Below are positions 12,380 through 25,289 of a stretch of DNA of 64,000 nucleotides, piece after piece (positions within the stretch are counted from its first letter, which is position 1; the number at the start of each line of letters is the position of its first letter). The notes below the pieces were generated by a model that saw nothing but the letters and a program-made list of their open reading frames with translations, did not search any database and was not told the DNA's origin. The stretch is from positions 58,156,001-58,220,000 of the forward strand of contig NC_092350.1 in the NCBI RefSeq assembly GCF_963676685.1. The letters are read 5' to 3'. The DNA is from Mytilus edulis. Lineage: Eukaryota. The position numbers and the translations under genes were made by a program.

Positions 12380-15244
12380 GTAAGTATTCTTTATGTTTAA
12401 TCGTACACAGGTGGGTGCTGTCATCACTTATACACCATGTTCACTAAAGGCCTAAACAAGATTTTTTTTGACTGATTTTTTTTCTGCTAAAAAGGTTAGT
12501 ATGTTACGGGTTCACTGTTGAGAATAAGGCGAAAGTCAAAACTAGTTCCGCATAATTGTTAAGTTTCAACATGATTCACATCAATACATAACTGTATTTA
12601 CGTGCAAGACCACTTTTAATCAATAAATGAGACTTATAAAATATCAAAGTATACAGCGATTGTATACAAAAGAGGTAAGGGGACATTTTATATTGGAATA
12701 AAAACCAAAGACGACAAATGTTGATGTTTGAAAGACACAGTAGTAAAAAACCATAATCGTTACTTTAGTTTAAACTAGCAGTTTATATTTCGTTTGTGCT
12801 GTTCTGGTGTGCTGTCGTAAATTCATTGGAGTTGTTATTCTGTAGTTTACATGTAATAATGTACTATTATACTAATTATTTATATATTTCTATGTGCTAA
12901 TGTTTTTGTGTTTGTTTGTCCTGTCTCGTAGTGTTGTAATTTTTTAGCGGAGTTTTGCCAACTTTGAAAAATATAAGCAGGAGGTTTGACTATCCATAAA
13001 ACCAGGTTCAGCCCACCGTTTTGGTCTTAAAATGTCCCCTTTCAAGTTAGGAATATGGCAGTTGTTTCAGATAGTCCGTTTCTATGTATGTTGGCGTTTG
13101 ATGTTGTTGATGTTTAACGATTCTGTTGTTTCTGGATTTTTTCCTCTCATAGTCAATGTGTTTAAGTTTGTTACCTGGATTTTTTTTATTATAGTAAAAT
13201 TATGACTTTTGAGCAACGGTATACTACTGTTGCCTTTATTTAGTTACCAGTATCTCTATATGGAGCATGCTGAAATTGATGTAACGATTTTTTCCTTCAA
13301 TTAAATTCGACAAAAAATTATAAATAACTTAATCTAATGTTTCTTTTAATTACATCTTATAGATAAAATGTTGTTCATATGAAGAATTCAACTTATATAA
13401 AAAAAGTAATTATGAAAGGTTTGGTTTTCAATCGATATGAACCTATTGTACTTTCCATAAAAGTATTACTGCAACGAAGATTTAAGATTATAACTAAACA
13501 CATTATCCTAAAAGAGTTATTTTCTTATTGTATAACGCAGAGTTTGAAGCTCATAATGTCACATTGTGTTAAGGTGGTACCCAACACTTTCACTAAAATT
13601 GAATTAGCTCGTTTAATTTTCATAAAATTGTGTCAAAGTATTTACTTTGACCCTTTAACAAAAATTTGAAAATTTTAAAAAATTTTGAACCAACCGTTTT
13701 GTCAGAAAAATTACACTGGTTATATAGCAGTTTGACAAACACCAATTTTGATCATTGAGAAGCTTAATATTCCCTTAACAACACAACGTAATTAAAACGT
13801 TGAGCTGATTTTACAGAGTTACCTCCCTGTAGTGTTAGGTACCACCTTAAGAACTTTACTCTTTAGGACTCACTGGAGATTGTTTGTCTACAAATGGTAC
13901 ATGTGGAACAAGCGGTGTTACTTGTGTTGCTGCGTTTGGTGAAGGATGGATATATAAAGGAAAATGTTGTTATGGAAAACCATGTTGTAAATGTAAGTAA
14001 TCTTATATACCATGCGACAGTTCCTTTACTTGTCCCTGCTATTCAAATAGAATGACACATAGGCATGTGTTGGAATAAAAGATCATATTGTAAATGAAAT
14101 TAAACAATGTTGTTAGCAAATTATAGAATATCTTGTTGGTTTTCCCTCCTTTAGATAGTATTTCTTAACTGCAAAGAACTCCAATGAAAGCGAATACTAC
14201 AAACCAACTTATTTTCGCAGATACTTAGTTTCGCGTTTAGCCTTTTCTAGCCCATTTCGACGCGATTTAATTTCGCGTTCTCAAATTTACGTAATGTAGC
14301 TAAGTAAGCAAAAATCCAAGTTTTACATATTCACGACGATTTATATTCGCGGTATTTTTCTTTTCGCGACAGTCGCGAAAACAAAAATCGCTTCCAAAAA
14401 TTAGTTGGTTAACAGTAGTTAATGTTTCTTATGACGACGACAGTCCCATCTCATGTTTAGAAATAACATATACAGTGCCCTGAAAACTTTTAAATTTGAA
14501 ATTTTAAACAAGATGTTCATGATGCGATCATGTTTTTGACATTGCTGCATGTATTTGGTACTGAGATGGTTTATTGCAAAGTTGACCTTAGAATGATTTG
14601 GTTAATTTTTGTATGTCATTTAAAAACAAAATATAGCCCTTCGAATGTTTCAGTCTATATACATCAAAGCATTCGGCTTAGAGCGTACCTTGTGAAGACT
14701 TCATAAAAACGCTTTAGACGCATGAAATTTACAAAGTGTTGTTTTCATTCTTTATGCTAGAGATTTCAGAATTCTGTTTTTTTCCGTGTTTGCTTTTGGC
14801 TTCGAACTTAACTTCATATTCACGTTTACGTAGTCATTGAGGTTTTCAGGATTATGTATGCCCAGTGTATATGCTCTTTCTTCAAGTTGCGTTTGAACTC
14901 CCGTTCTTCAGTCTTGGTCTACAAACTACCGTACATACATGTTTGATATCCTTTGAATTTATTTCATTTCGATTATTTATGAAAAATGGCTGACGATATA
15001 TTTGGACGTGAATCAGCTGTTATAGGTAAATGATAAGGAAAAATTATTTAAAAACTTCTTCTTTTGAACCTAACATTCTACTAAAATATATTATTTTAAT
15101 GAAAACCTACCAAGCCTTTGCTCTAATGTATAATCTGTTGAGCTTGGTATCAGAGCAGAACTTTTATATTTTTAACAGGCACGTGCACGTACATGTAATG
15201 CGATATGTTTAATATTTTATTTTACAGTTATCAAATATAATAAG

Positions 15245-15297
<53 letters not shown>

Positions 15298-18200
15298 CCA
15301 ATCAATCAAGTGATCAATCAATCAAATTATACTTTGAAAAAATGTTAATCTAAACAAATTATTTTTGTAAATAATTCCGCTCAAGCCGGTGCTAGGAGCC
15401 GTTTTAAACTTGTAGTGAGGTTAAAGTTTTTTTTAAGCTCCGTGTTGAAGGCCTCACTTTTTGATTTTGAGAACACCAACAAAAGCGCTCTTTGTGTGGT
15501 TTTGTTTTTGGGCCATGGATAGATACCCTATATCAATTTTTTTTCTATAAATGAATTATAGGTTTCCATTTTATCAAATTAAATGTAAAAAAAGATTACA
15601 GTGGAGAGAAAAGCTAACATAACAAAAAAAAAACTAACATGGCTAAGTTTTGAAGTTTAATATAATTGGTGAGTTTAATTTATAATCTATACCCTTTTTT
15701 TTGCACAGATTTTCCTGAAAGTAAAAACTACAGCTGTGGATTTGAGACTGTTGCATCATGTGTTTTTGAGGATTCCCTCCTTGATGATTTTGATTGGTCA
15801 CGACAATCTGTAAGTTTTTCAAATATCTGGTCTGCAATTCACAAAAAATCCGTTCGATTTACGACCAATGATATATTATACGTATAGTTTGTCAAGATAG
15901 GCGGACGATATCAAAATGAATATTTAAACTCAAAAGTCGAAAGAAAATGAAATTATATGGCTCCGCCCACATAGTCCGTATTCATATCTACATTTGGGAT
16001 TAGCTGAATTTATGGAGAACAAACTTATAAGTCAATGATATTTGTTATTAAAATGATTTAATATTTTAATATCTTGTTTGTTCACAGATTGTTTTTTCAT
16101 TGTAAATGTTGTATTCTTGTCTTTTAGTTTTGCGAATATACTTTGACTATAAGCCTTTTTAAACTTTTTTTCTTTGTTACACTTTTGTTTGCTTTTAAAA
16201 TTATTAAGATTGTAACAAAATGTTGATTGCTATACCACTATTTTGACATCTTTACTTATAATATCTCCTTGTTTTGTTCACAAATCGTTGTCAATTTAAT
16301 GGAATTCTATGCGACTGTCATACAATTAGGAGATTTTGCTAGCTTTAAAACCAGGTCTAATCTACCATTTTTACATTTGAAAATGTCTGTACCAATTCAG
16401 GAATATTACAGTTGTTTTTCATTTGTTTGATGTGTTTAAGCTTTTGATATTTCCATTTGTTTACAGACATTTCTTTTTAAATTTTACTCGGAGTTGGTTA
16501 TTTCTATTAATTTACTTTTTTCATAAAGTTATTCATATCTTGGATTAACGACTTTTCGTCTGCATAAAATATAAAGTTATAGTCAATGAAACATGATCAG
16601 GGTATTTCAGCTTTGTGAGGGAGTTCAACATAGATCGAACATTTTGAAACCACGAATTACAAACTGATTATTGTCAATATGGAAAGGGTGTTATTAAATA
16701 GATTAATTATTATTTTTATTATGAATTTAAGGGCTGACAACGGCTCGTTTCATTTTTTATATAGAAAGAAACTGTGCCTTACATTGTATTAACATGAGAC
16801 AAAAACATCATGAAACTTTAAGATCATATGTGAACTACCATTTAACTTCAAAGGATGTGGGGTTACGTTTTTTTTTATAAAAAGATATTCTGATCCCCAA
16901 TTTGATGACAAAAGTATTCTGTTCAAGCAGACGACAAAAAAAACCCATTATGAATGCAAATTTCCCCATACCTTATAGTGTTAAACTTTGCTAAAATAAA
17001 TAATTTGATTGATAATAAAAAATATCCCTCCCCCTTTTGAAGTTAAATGTTTTCTCCCTAAACTGACTATATGAAGACATCTAAATGTCTTTTTTTGTGT
17101 CAGGTTTTAAATCTTAAACATAATAAACGGAAATCTAATTGTTGATCAGTGTTTAAACTTTTTATGATTTAGGGTAAGACACCAACTTCGAAATGGAAGA
17201 CTGGGCCCTTAGCAGCGGCCGAGGGGACTTATTACATATACACAGAGGCCTCTGATAGGAGTAATGAAGATAAAGCTATACTCACAACCGAAGCTACTAG
17301 CTTACAAGCTAACTTTATAAGTACGAAGTTGGCATTTAATTTCATTTCTCCAGTGATTGCGTTCATTTAAATTTATGTTAACAAAACAAATGACTGACTG
17401 GGAGAAGGTTATTACCATACTTGAATGTACATACATGCCATCAGTAATGTCAGGACTGAGACAATATAAAAAATTCAGCTCATGATGTTCAAGGTCGGTT
17501 CTAGTTTAAGTTATTTTCTTTGTGGCTATCAACTTTCGTGATTTCTGAGAAAAAAAGTTGAATCCAGAGGATATAGATTTGTAGATTAAGGATAAACACA
17601 TTTGGAATTATCTTAAACTACGTTTTTCATTGAGACGGTAATGTCATGACTGGAGGGAACACAATAAATCACTACAATGATATAAAACAAAAAGGGTTTG
17701 TCAGGAATGGTGAGGTGTGTTATACTTGGAAAACCTTAAAATTTGCTTTATTTCACTTATATACCATATTATTTCCCGGTAAAAACATGCAGATTTGGAG
17801 GATACTATATCCCATTTTACCGTTCTTGCATGAAATATTCTTTCTTGATGTCTTTAGGTGTTATTCGTGGCTCGGTACTTATACATCCCGTTAATGTGTT
17901 TGTATTATCTTTCCTTTTTGCAAAGTCAGCACCAAATCTTTGAGCTCACGCTTGACTTACAATGAATTAATCGAGGATGATTTGAAAATTTGAAAATTGA
18001 ACTATTCACAACGAATCGTATAACATATAATGTCTTAATATTGAAGAACATGCCATATTTATCACACCTTTTGTATTAAAATGTACGTTTGTGCAAGGTC
18101 AATAAAAGCCGGGAGTTATCGAAATATCAATACTATTAGATCTCTTTATAGTATCTTGATTATAAGCTTTATTATTGCACATGTTGCAGCATGCCCTTAT

Positions 18201-21043
18201 TGTCTGTCCTTCAAGTACCATATGAGAGGGGTTGACATAGGATCATTAGAAGTATTTGCTGGGGATAAAACATCTTCTTTGACAAGTATCTGGAAAAAAA
18301 TAGGACCACAAACCGAAGATCCCGTTAAATGGGACACTGGAAATATAGACATACCACAATATAGTAATCTTGTTGTAAGTATAACTGTGGATTCATTTAT
18401 TTTCTTGGGTACCAATTTTCGTGGATTATGGAAAACTATTCAATTCCGTGGTTTTCCTAAAGTCTGCATAGAAACCAATGGAAAATTGTAATTCTTTGAA
18501 CATTTAAATTCGTGGTTCCCATTTACCAACGAGATCCACGAAGATTCGACGACAAATACTGTATCCATTGTATATAAATCATATATCAAATTAAAACTGC
18601 AACAGTAACTATGGTTATACCATAACAAAAATATCATGTGTAAGTATAAAAATTAACACAAAATAACTGAAAATGAAAGAAATGACAGTATAAACTTACA
18701 TTATTTTTGCGTCAGATAATTTGTTTAAACCTTGAGATATACCATAAAAGTACATATTATCCCGAGTTGTATGTTTTTGTTGCCGATCAAAATCTATAAA
18801 TATGTTCAATACATTTATTTATTAAGGGTAGCATGGCGATTTTTTTTTGCAAAAGGGATGGAATTCTCTTACTGGCTAAATCATGGTAAAAAATATTTAC
18901 AGAAATATTTTGAAAAGTAATATTTCCCTCTGTACTGTCTGGATTTCCCAAATTATAAAGTCAATAACCTGTTGTTCAGTGGTTGTCGTTTGTTGATGTT
19001 GGTCATACGTATATTTGTCTCATTTTTTGAAATAGATATTCGACCATTATTTTTCCTGCTTAAAATTGCTGTACACTCATTATGGGGACATTTTTAGCGT
19101 GCTGTTCGGTATTAGCCAAGTCTCTGTGTTAAAAGTTATACTTTGACCAATTATGATTTACTTTGTACAAATCGTTACTCTAATGCAGAGTTATCTCTTT
19201 TGGCACTCATACCACATCTTCATATATCTACTTAATATATTAAAAATACATTTTATTCACTATATTTAGTAAAGAAAGCCTTTTGTATTTACTCTATCAA
19301 ATATGGTTCTTCCACATTTTACAAGGCGGCACAAGTGTTCCCACTTTTTGTTTAATTTAGATTCAAATTACGTGGTATCTTTTTGATTCGCGTCACGGTG
19401 CGGAGCTATTTGTTTCAGTCGACATACACGCCATCTTGAGTAAATTACCTATCACATATAGATTCTGATAGATTGCATCATGATGCGGCAGAGATAATGC
19501 AACACCTATTGGCTAACAAAATGACATTAGAAATTACAGACTTTTCTCGTCTCTGGATAAGACATCAAATGCCGGAAAATTAACTATATGTATTTCAATT
19601 CCGATCAACTGTCGTTAATTCATGTTCGTTTTGATATGCAGTATGCACGATTTGCTTCAATTGCTAAACAAGGTTCCTATACAATGCATTATCTGTATTT
19701 CATAACTTCTGATAATCTAAGCACACCTCCAGTGTCGTGTTTATTTTTAATTGTTTTAATTTTCAACAAGTAATGAAACATTTTAGTGGCATTGGTATGT
19801 AACGCACACTCTTAAAGTAAATCCATAAATGCATCTAAATATACCACATTTGATAATACTAAATCAATAACAACATGTGAACATATTACCTTAAATTAGG
19901 AAAGAGCGAAGCAGTCCGTAGCTTTTCAGAAAACTCAAAACGGTATTGCGTTAAGGTTTACAACTTCTGAGAGAAGCATACTAGATTACACTTGGAAGTA
20001 CATGTAAAACACTTTCAAGTATAAATGATATAGGTGAACAAAAAAGGATTACACACTATGAAGTTGGTGTCTTTGCATGTCAATTATATTTTCAAATATT
20101 CTTGTTTTTTTCCAGGTCACAATAGTAGGGTCCTGTGGTGTTGGAGCGAGGGGTGACATTGCCATTGATGATATTTTACTAAAGGCTGGTGCATGTTGTA
20201 AGCGTTACTTTATTATTATCATTGAGAATGGAAATGGGGAATGTGTAAAAGAGACAACAACCCGACCAAAGAGCAGACAACAGCTGAAGACCACGTACTG
20301 ATGTGCAATTTACAATGTTATCAGGTAGTTTGTTCCAATCGGTTAAAGTTCCTTGGAAAATAGGATTCTTTTCTGTTCTGTGTTTTGCAAGACGGAATGT
20401 GAAAGCTGTTCGAGTTTGATTGTCTTGTTTGTCTTTTTTGTTTGATAAATGTATTATTCGTAGGTATTGTAACCTTTTCGTGTTTCCAACGCTTGAAGTG
20501 TTTCCATATTTTTTAGTAACTTACAACAATACATGGATAGCATTGAAAAAGTTCAAAGGAGGGATTCACGTTTTGTTACTAAAAAATATGGAAACACTTC
20601 AGGCGTTGGAAACATGTTCCAACACCTTGAATGGTGCAGCCTCTCTTACAGAGGAAAATATTCGAGATTAGTAATGCTATTTAGAATTGAACACGAAAAG
20701 GTTACAATACGTATATATTCGTATTCTACCTCTCGCTACATGTATAATAAAAAAATCGATGACAAACGTCCAAACCAGGATTGAAAAAAAAAATCTACGA
20801 CTACCATGAAGTTTATCTTAATTTAATGATGTTCGCAAGAAGTGCTTTTGAAGTTTTCCCAGATATACAAAATCCACTCGTTTTATCCATTTTCATTATT
20901 TAGTGCCGTTACAATATTTTCCTCGCTAACCCCTTCTTTTCTTTATATTATGTTATGACATATAGTTTAACAATTACTATCTAAAATGCTATAAAATCCT
21001 TGTTATATTTTTATATTTTTTTTCATCTTTTTTAGATGCTTGA
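12319..21043 (+). CDS. Copy A: secreted beta-defensin-like (Cys-rich) + MAM domain protein, spliced, 236 aa
   Basis: Manual splice model join(12319-12379,13867-13992,15709-15809,17173-17320,18190-18374,20116-20197,21036-21043) = 711 nt, all GT..AG introns, phases compatible. Protein: MKFCCLIVIILFTIRVSNGG-RLTGDCLSTNGTCGTSGVTCVAAFGEGWIYKGKCCYGKPCCK-YFPESKNYSCGFETVASCVFEDSLLDDFDWSRQS-GKTPTSKWKTGPLAAAEGTYYIYTEASDRSNEDKAILTTEATSLQANFI-TCPYCLSFKYHMRGVDIGSLEVFAGDKTSSLTSIWKKIGPQTEDPVKWDTGNIDIPQYSNLV-VTIVGSCGVGARGDIAIDDILLKAGACYA*. MAM hallmarks: CxFE..C, FDW, TPxxxxTGP, GxYxYxEAS, CLxFxYHM, GDIAIDDI..GxC. Confidence 0.88.
13573..13846. mobile_element. Non-autonomous Kolobok-type MITE
   Basis: TTAA TSD (13569-72, 13847-50); TIR ggtggtacc(c/t)aacact 15/16; single TTAA at the paralogous site in copy B (~62039-62042). 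Confidence 0.85.
13867..13992 (+). CDS. Copy A coding exon 2 (beta-defensin-like Cys-rich domain, 7 Cys)
   Basis: ctttag| acceptor, T|GTAAGT donor, phase 1-1; C-x6-C-x6-C-x13-CC-x4-CC. Confidence 0.85.
14195..14418. mobile_element. TACTGT..ACAGTA-type MITE
   Basis: tactacaaaccaact...agttggttaacagta imperfect TIRs with internal TTCGCG repeats; not seen at the equivalent place in the copy B intron. Confidence 0.55.
15245..15325 (+). repeat. (AATC)n microsatellite
   Basis: Direct reading. Confidence 0.95.
15709..15809 (+). CDS. Copy A coding exon 3 (MAM domain N-terminus)
   Basis: ttgcacag| acceptor, |GTAAGT donor; NYSCGFE..SCVFED..DDFDW (inside ORF 15666-15887). Confidence 0.88.
17173..17320 (+). 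CDS. Copy A coding exon 4 (MAM)
   Basis: tttag| acceptor; GKTPTSKWKTGP..EGTYYIYTEAS..KAIL. The 3' boundary is less certain (A|GTACGA donor at 17321). Confidence 0.8.
18190..18374 (+). CDS. Copy A coding exon 5 (MAM)
   Basis: ttgcag| acceptor, |GTAAGT donor; CLSFKYHMRGVDIGSLEV..IW...W (inside ORF 18081-18491). Confidence 0.9.
18383..18570. mobile_element. MITE fragment (ACTGTGGATTC terminus), related to 53503-53698
   Basis: actgtggattcatttattttcttgggtaccaattttcgtgg matches the TIR family at 53503-53698. Confidence 0.5.
20116..20197 (+). CDS. Copy A coding exon 6 (MAM C-terminus)
   Basis: ttttttccag| acceptor, T|GTAAGC donor; GDIAIDDILLKAGAC (inside ORF 20077-20301). Confidence 0.9.
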
Positions 21044-21225
21044 GAGTAAACAGACAAAGAAAGAACACATTAGAACCGAAACAATAATTGTTCGATATTG
21101 ACAGTTAATTATACATAACACTGACCATGTTATATTTAAAAAAAAAAAGTTAACTTATAACAATGAGCATAATCCATTGTAACCATTGAATTAGAATTAA
21201 TAAAACTTATTCAACAAAACTAACC
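21036..21225 (+). CDS. Copy A terminal exon (YA-stop at 21041-21043) and 3' UTR
   Basis: Long polypyrimidine tract + tttag| at 21035; completes a phase-1 codon then GCT TGA; AATAAA at 21199-21204. The 3' end is approximate. Confidence 0.65.
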
Positions 21226-24200
21226 AACTACCATTGATACACGTATAGCTAATATTATCTTAATTATATAACACAACTAGTATCGTTTTAATACACTGCA
21301 GTAATTAATGTCTGCAGCTATAGAACCGTAAATGCAAATAAAATTCAGAATATGAGAGAATTCCATTGTATTATCGAAAAGCAAATGAAAAAATGAATAA
21401 ATGTGGATGTAATAAAATACTTCTGATCAGTTTCTGAGAAATAGGAGATGTCTTATCAAGACTTCGAAGTCATTAATATTGTAATAAAAACGAATATATC
21501 ATTATACAAATGACTATTCGGTGAGCAATCCGTTTATTTCTTTTTTTTGCTGTTAGTTTTCTCAATCGAATAGTTTCAAATTCATGTGTAGGCCTTTTAT
21601 AGTCGACTACAATGTGTTGTTTTCCTCATCATTGAAAGCATACAATTGCCTATAATTGCTTATACATCCACTTTATATGACCTTTGGTTGATATTTGTAT
21701 CATTGGTTATCATACATCTTCTCCTTTTTTCTATGCTACACTACAATTTTTGGTGAGGTTGCTGCTTTTTTCTGTCTATATTTATTCAATTGCAACATTA
21801 GTGGGGCGGCTTAGTACCGAAATTTGACAAAATCATGCAAATGGTGATACAAGCATAGGATTTGGCACATACGTTCTTTAGGGTGTACTTTAGCATATAA
21901 GAGGGGAGGCAAACCAATTTTTTATTTTTTTCACGGCGGCCATCTTGAATTTAAAATTGATATCATTTTGCTAAATATTTGAAATTTTAAAAACAAATCG
22001 ACACGTTTTAATGTGACTTTGGCCATGAAAACTATTTCAAATACAATGAAATGACATGAAAATATGTCAAACAGACAATAATTGTAAAAATGAATCAACA
22101 CTTCCGGTTAGGGTTGTAAAAATTTCATACGATCGAGTTAAATAATAGCGGTAAGGATATGCTGTAAAAATGTCCGTTGGTATATAGTTAATTATTTGAG
22201 ATATACAGGAAGGTCGATTTATATATTAATCTACCATATTTACCGATACTAACAGCTACATGATCACAATGTTGTACACATCTGGTTTAGAGGACTTGCA
22301 TCTACAAGAACATGTTTTCTTGCAGCCACATTTTCCTCCTGGCAGGATTCTGCAATGGCTACCTACTGTGTCCTATTTGGAAACCACAACCCATTTACTG
22401 TCTCATTAATCCATCCCAAATCGCCCGGACTAGGTATTCAATTCACTTTCTGTCGTTTAATCGCTGAATGTCTTGAGGGATAGAGAGTGCATTTACTTCA
22501 TGAAAAAGAGGGATTTGTTTGCCCTTATTGTATATCCTTCAGCTGACGATTTCAGTTGATCAGATGTGTGCCTGACATAAACAACATTTGGTCCAATTAG
22601 TTTCCCTACTATCTGTTGAGTAAGCTGACTAGCGAATTCTTTTCGCCATTTCAAAAAATTAGCTATTAAATAAACAAACTAAATCAACATCAACAATTTA
22701 ACGATAGAACGATAACGCAAATATTGTCTGAATAAAATATCTCAAAACTTTTGATATTCAGGTCAAGGTATTATCCTTTTACCATCCGTATAGCACTTTT
22801 TTGTATTGAATTTCCCTGAATTCAAGTAATCCATGCAATTAAAAGTTTGCTTACAGTCAGCCTGATCGTTCCTTCTGTATCATTTAACTCCCGTGATATA
22901 TGTACACTTTTCAGAGGAATACATCCCTCCTTCTTGTCTCAGTTCTCTCGCGTTAGAACATCCTGTCGATTCAGGTACGACTCAATGACTTAATAATTGG
23001 GCCAATCATGGAGTAATTTGGAGCACTTTAATCTTATAAAGCTGATACTGGACCCCACAAGTGGACTGATTTCAAGCAATGGTTAAGGACAAACGCCTAG
23101 TAAAGACAAATTCAGTGGTTGTCGTTTGCTTATGTGTTACATATTAGTTTTTCGTTCATTTTTAACTCACCTGACTCAAAGGGCCAAGTCAGCTTTTCTC
23201 ATCACTTGGCGTCCGTCGTCTGTCGTCGTTCGTCGTCCGTCGTCTGTCGTCCGTCGTCGCTAACTTTTACAAAAATCTTCTCCTCTGAAACTACTGGACC
23301 AAATTTAACCAAACTTGGCCACAATCATCATTGGGGTATCTATTTTAAAAAATATGTCCGGTGACCCGGCCAACCATCCAAAATGGCCGCCATGGCTAAA
23401 AATAGAACATAGGGGTAAAATGCAGTTTTGGGCTTATAACTCAAAAACCAAAGTATTAAAAGCAAATCTGACATGGGGGGGGGGACAATTGTTTGTCAGG
23501 TCAGGATCTATCTGCCCTGAAATTTTCAGATGAATCGGACAACCCGTTCATAGGTTGCTGCCCCTGAAGGTTGAACTTTGTAAATACAGCTGTTTTTGAA
23601 AACCCTCCTCTTTTGGGGAGAAATTGAATATTTTTAAAAAATAATTTTGTTTACATACTGGTTCCCAGTTATGCTCTCTGTGTTCCATATCGCAGAGACA
23701 TAACTTGGGAATGTTACCAGTAAATAAACACGTGCATATTGTTTACATTGAAATCTGTGGTAACCTTTCATTCGAGGTAGGGGTAGTTAAGAAAATTAGT
23801 GTAAGTTTAAACTCTGAAAAGTTCAGGCATATAAACGTTGAAAATATGCCGCACAGCCCTATATTTTGACCTTTGAAAAAAATTGTGGTGCAAATGAACT
23901 TTCAATTCTAGGATAAGATTTTTTTCAAAACTTCATAGTAAAAGTGGTAAAGTTTTAGCCGTAAAAGGAGTTCCTATGGGAAATTGCACTGTCAATATTT
24001 ACAGAAATGCAACCTATATAGGGTGAAAAAGGGGGACATTCAGAATTTAACCAAATTTGCTTTATTTTACAGATTTTAAGGAAATTAACTCAAATATGAA
24101 GTTTTATAAATATTTAATGAAGATTGATAGAATCCTGGGCCTTAGATATGATGACTCAGCATAAATTCACAGTTAACAGTATGCATAGTTTACTTAAAGT

Positions 24201-25289
24201 CCTGGATACAAAATTAATTCATAATATTTGCATATTTGTAAGTTGAATTGTTATGAAGTGCTTATATTTACTCTTCGCAGTCATTGAAACTCATAGATCC
24301 TTCCTGAATATTATTTATAGAGTATTTGTGTCCTTTCGATAACCCAAAATTAAGCCGCAACACCTAAATCTGCTTTTTTTGTCACCACGGCATAATAAGT
24401 ACAAGCTAGAAAAACAAAAATATCTCAAGAAAACTTATAATAGTGTGTTCTATCCTGAATATGTACTAAATATTCCAAATTGCTAGAAACAGCAGAATGA
24501 TTTAGGAAATTTGAGGCCCCAGGGGCAAAAAAACATAGAAAATTGCCTACCCCTGGGTAATAAAACAAATAATTTAACTTGTAAATGCTATGCTTTTGTG
24601 ATATTAAAGTTCTTGATATAGAAAACAATAACTATGCTTGGAAGTTATGCAAAAATCAGATGTTAGCAGTCATCTCTGCAACATGTTAAGTGAATTAATA
24701 TCTCAGACTGGTATCTGCATACATACAACTATTGCAAATATGGCTTTGTTTGAACACTTCTAGTATATATAGTAGCTAAATTGTGTCAGATATATGGTTA
24801 CAGATGTTACTGTTGTGACAAGAATTCTAAATTGACCATTTGAGGCAGAAAATGTGTTCTTTAATTGAGAAATAGGCATACAGTAAGATGTGGACTGGAG
24901 ACAGAGGCTGGAATGGATACTTTATATAATCTTGAATGTTGTAATGATTGACTGCTAAACATTACATTTATAATATTCTGATATGCTTTCAATATGTTAT
25001 CAAAACAGTTTTTAACAGGTCCTAGGCATTTTTTATCAGAAAATATGCAAATAGGGTAAGCTGGCAATAATTAAAGTCTTGTTTTCAAATTCTGGAAACA
25101 GGGGAGGGGGTATAAAATATATAGTAAAGAAAAACTTAGAGTATACACAGTGATTTCTTTAAGACTATAATTCTGATAAATGAGTATTAATGTGAGAAAA
25201 ACTGATTTTAGAGAGTTTTCTATTTGAATAAAAGTCTGTATAGGTTGCACTTTGTAAATACAGCTGTTTCTGAAAACCCGCCTCTGCTG

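Noticed and set aside
20077-20301. ORF read-through C-terminus (CCKRYFIIIIENGNGECVKETTTRPK)
   Set aside because: After the GTAAGC donor the sequence is a common dispersed repeat (similar at ~38805); the spliced ending is better supported.
24015-25242. Transposase or His-Me endonuclease in the KolobokP-like core
   Set aside because: Only short ORFs without DDE or His-Me motifs that I could recognise.
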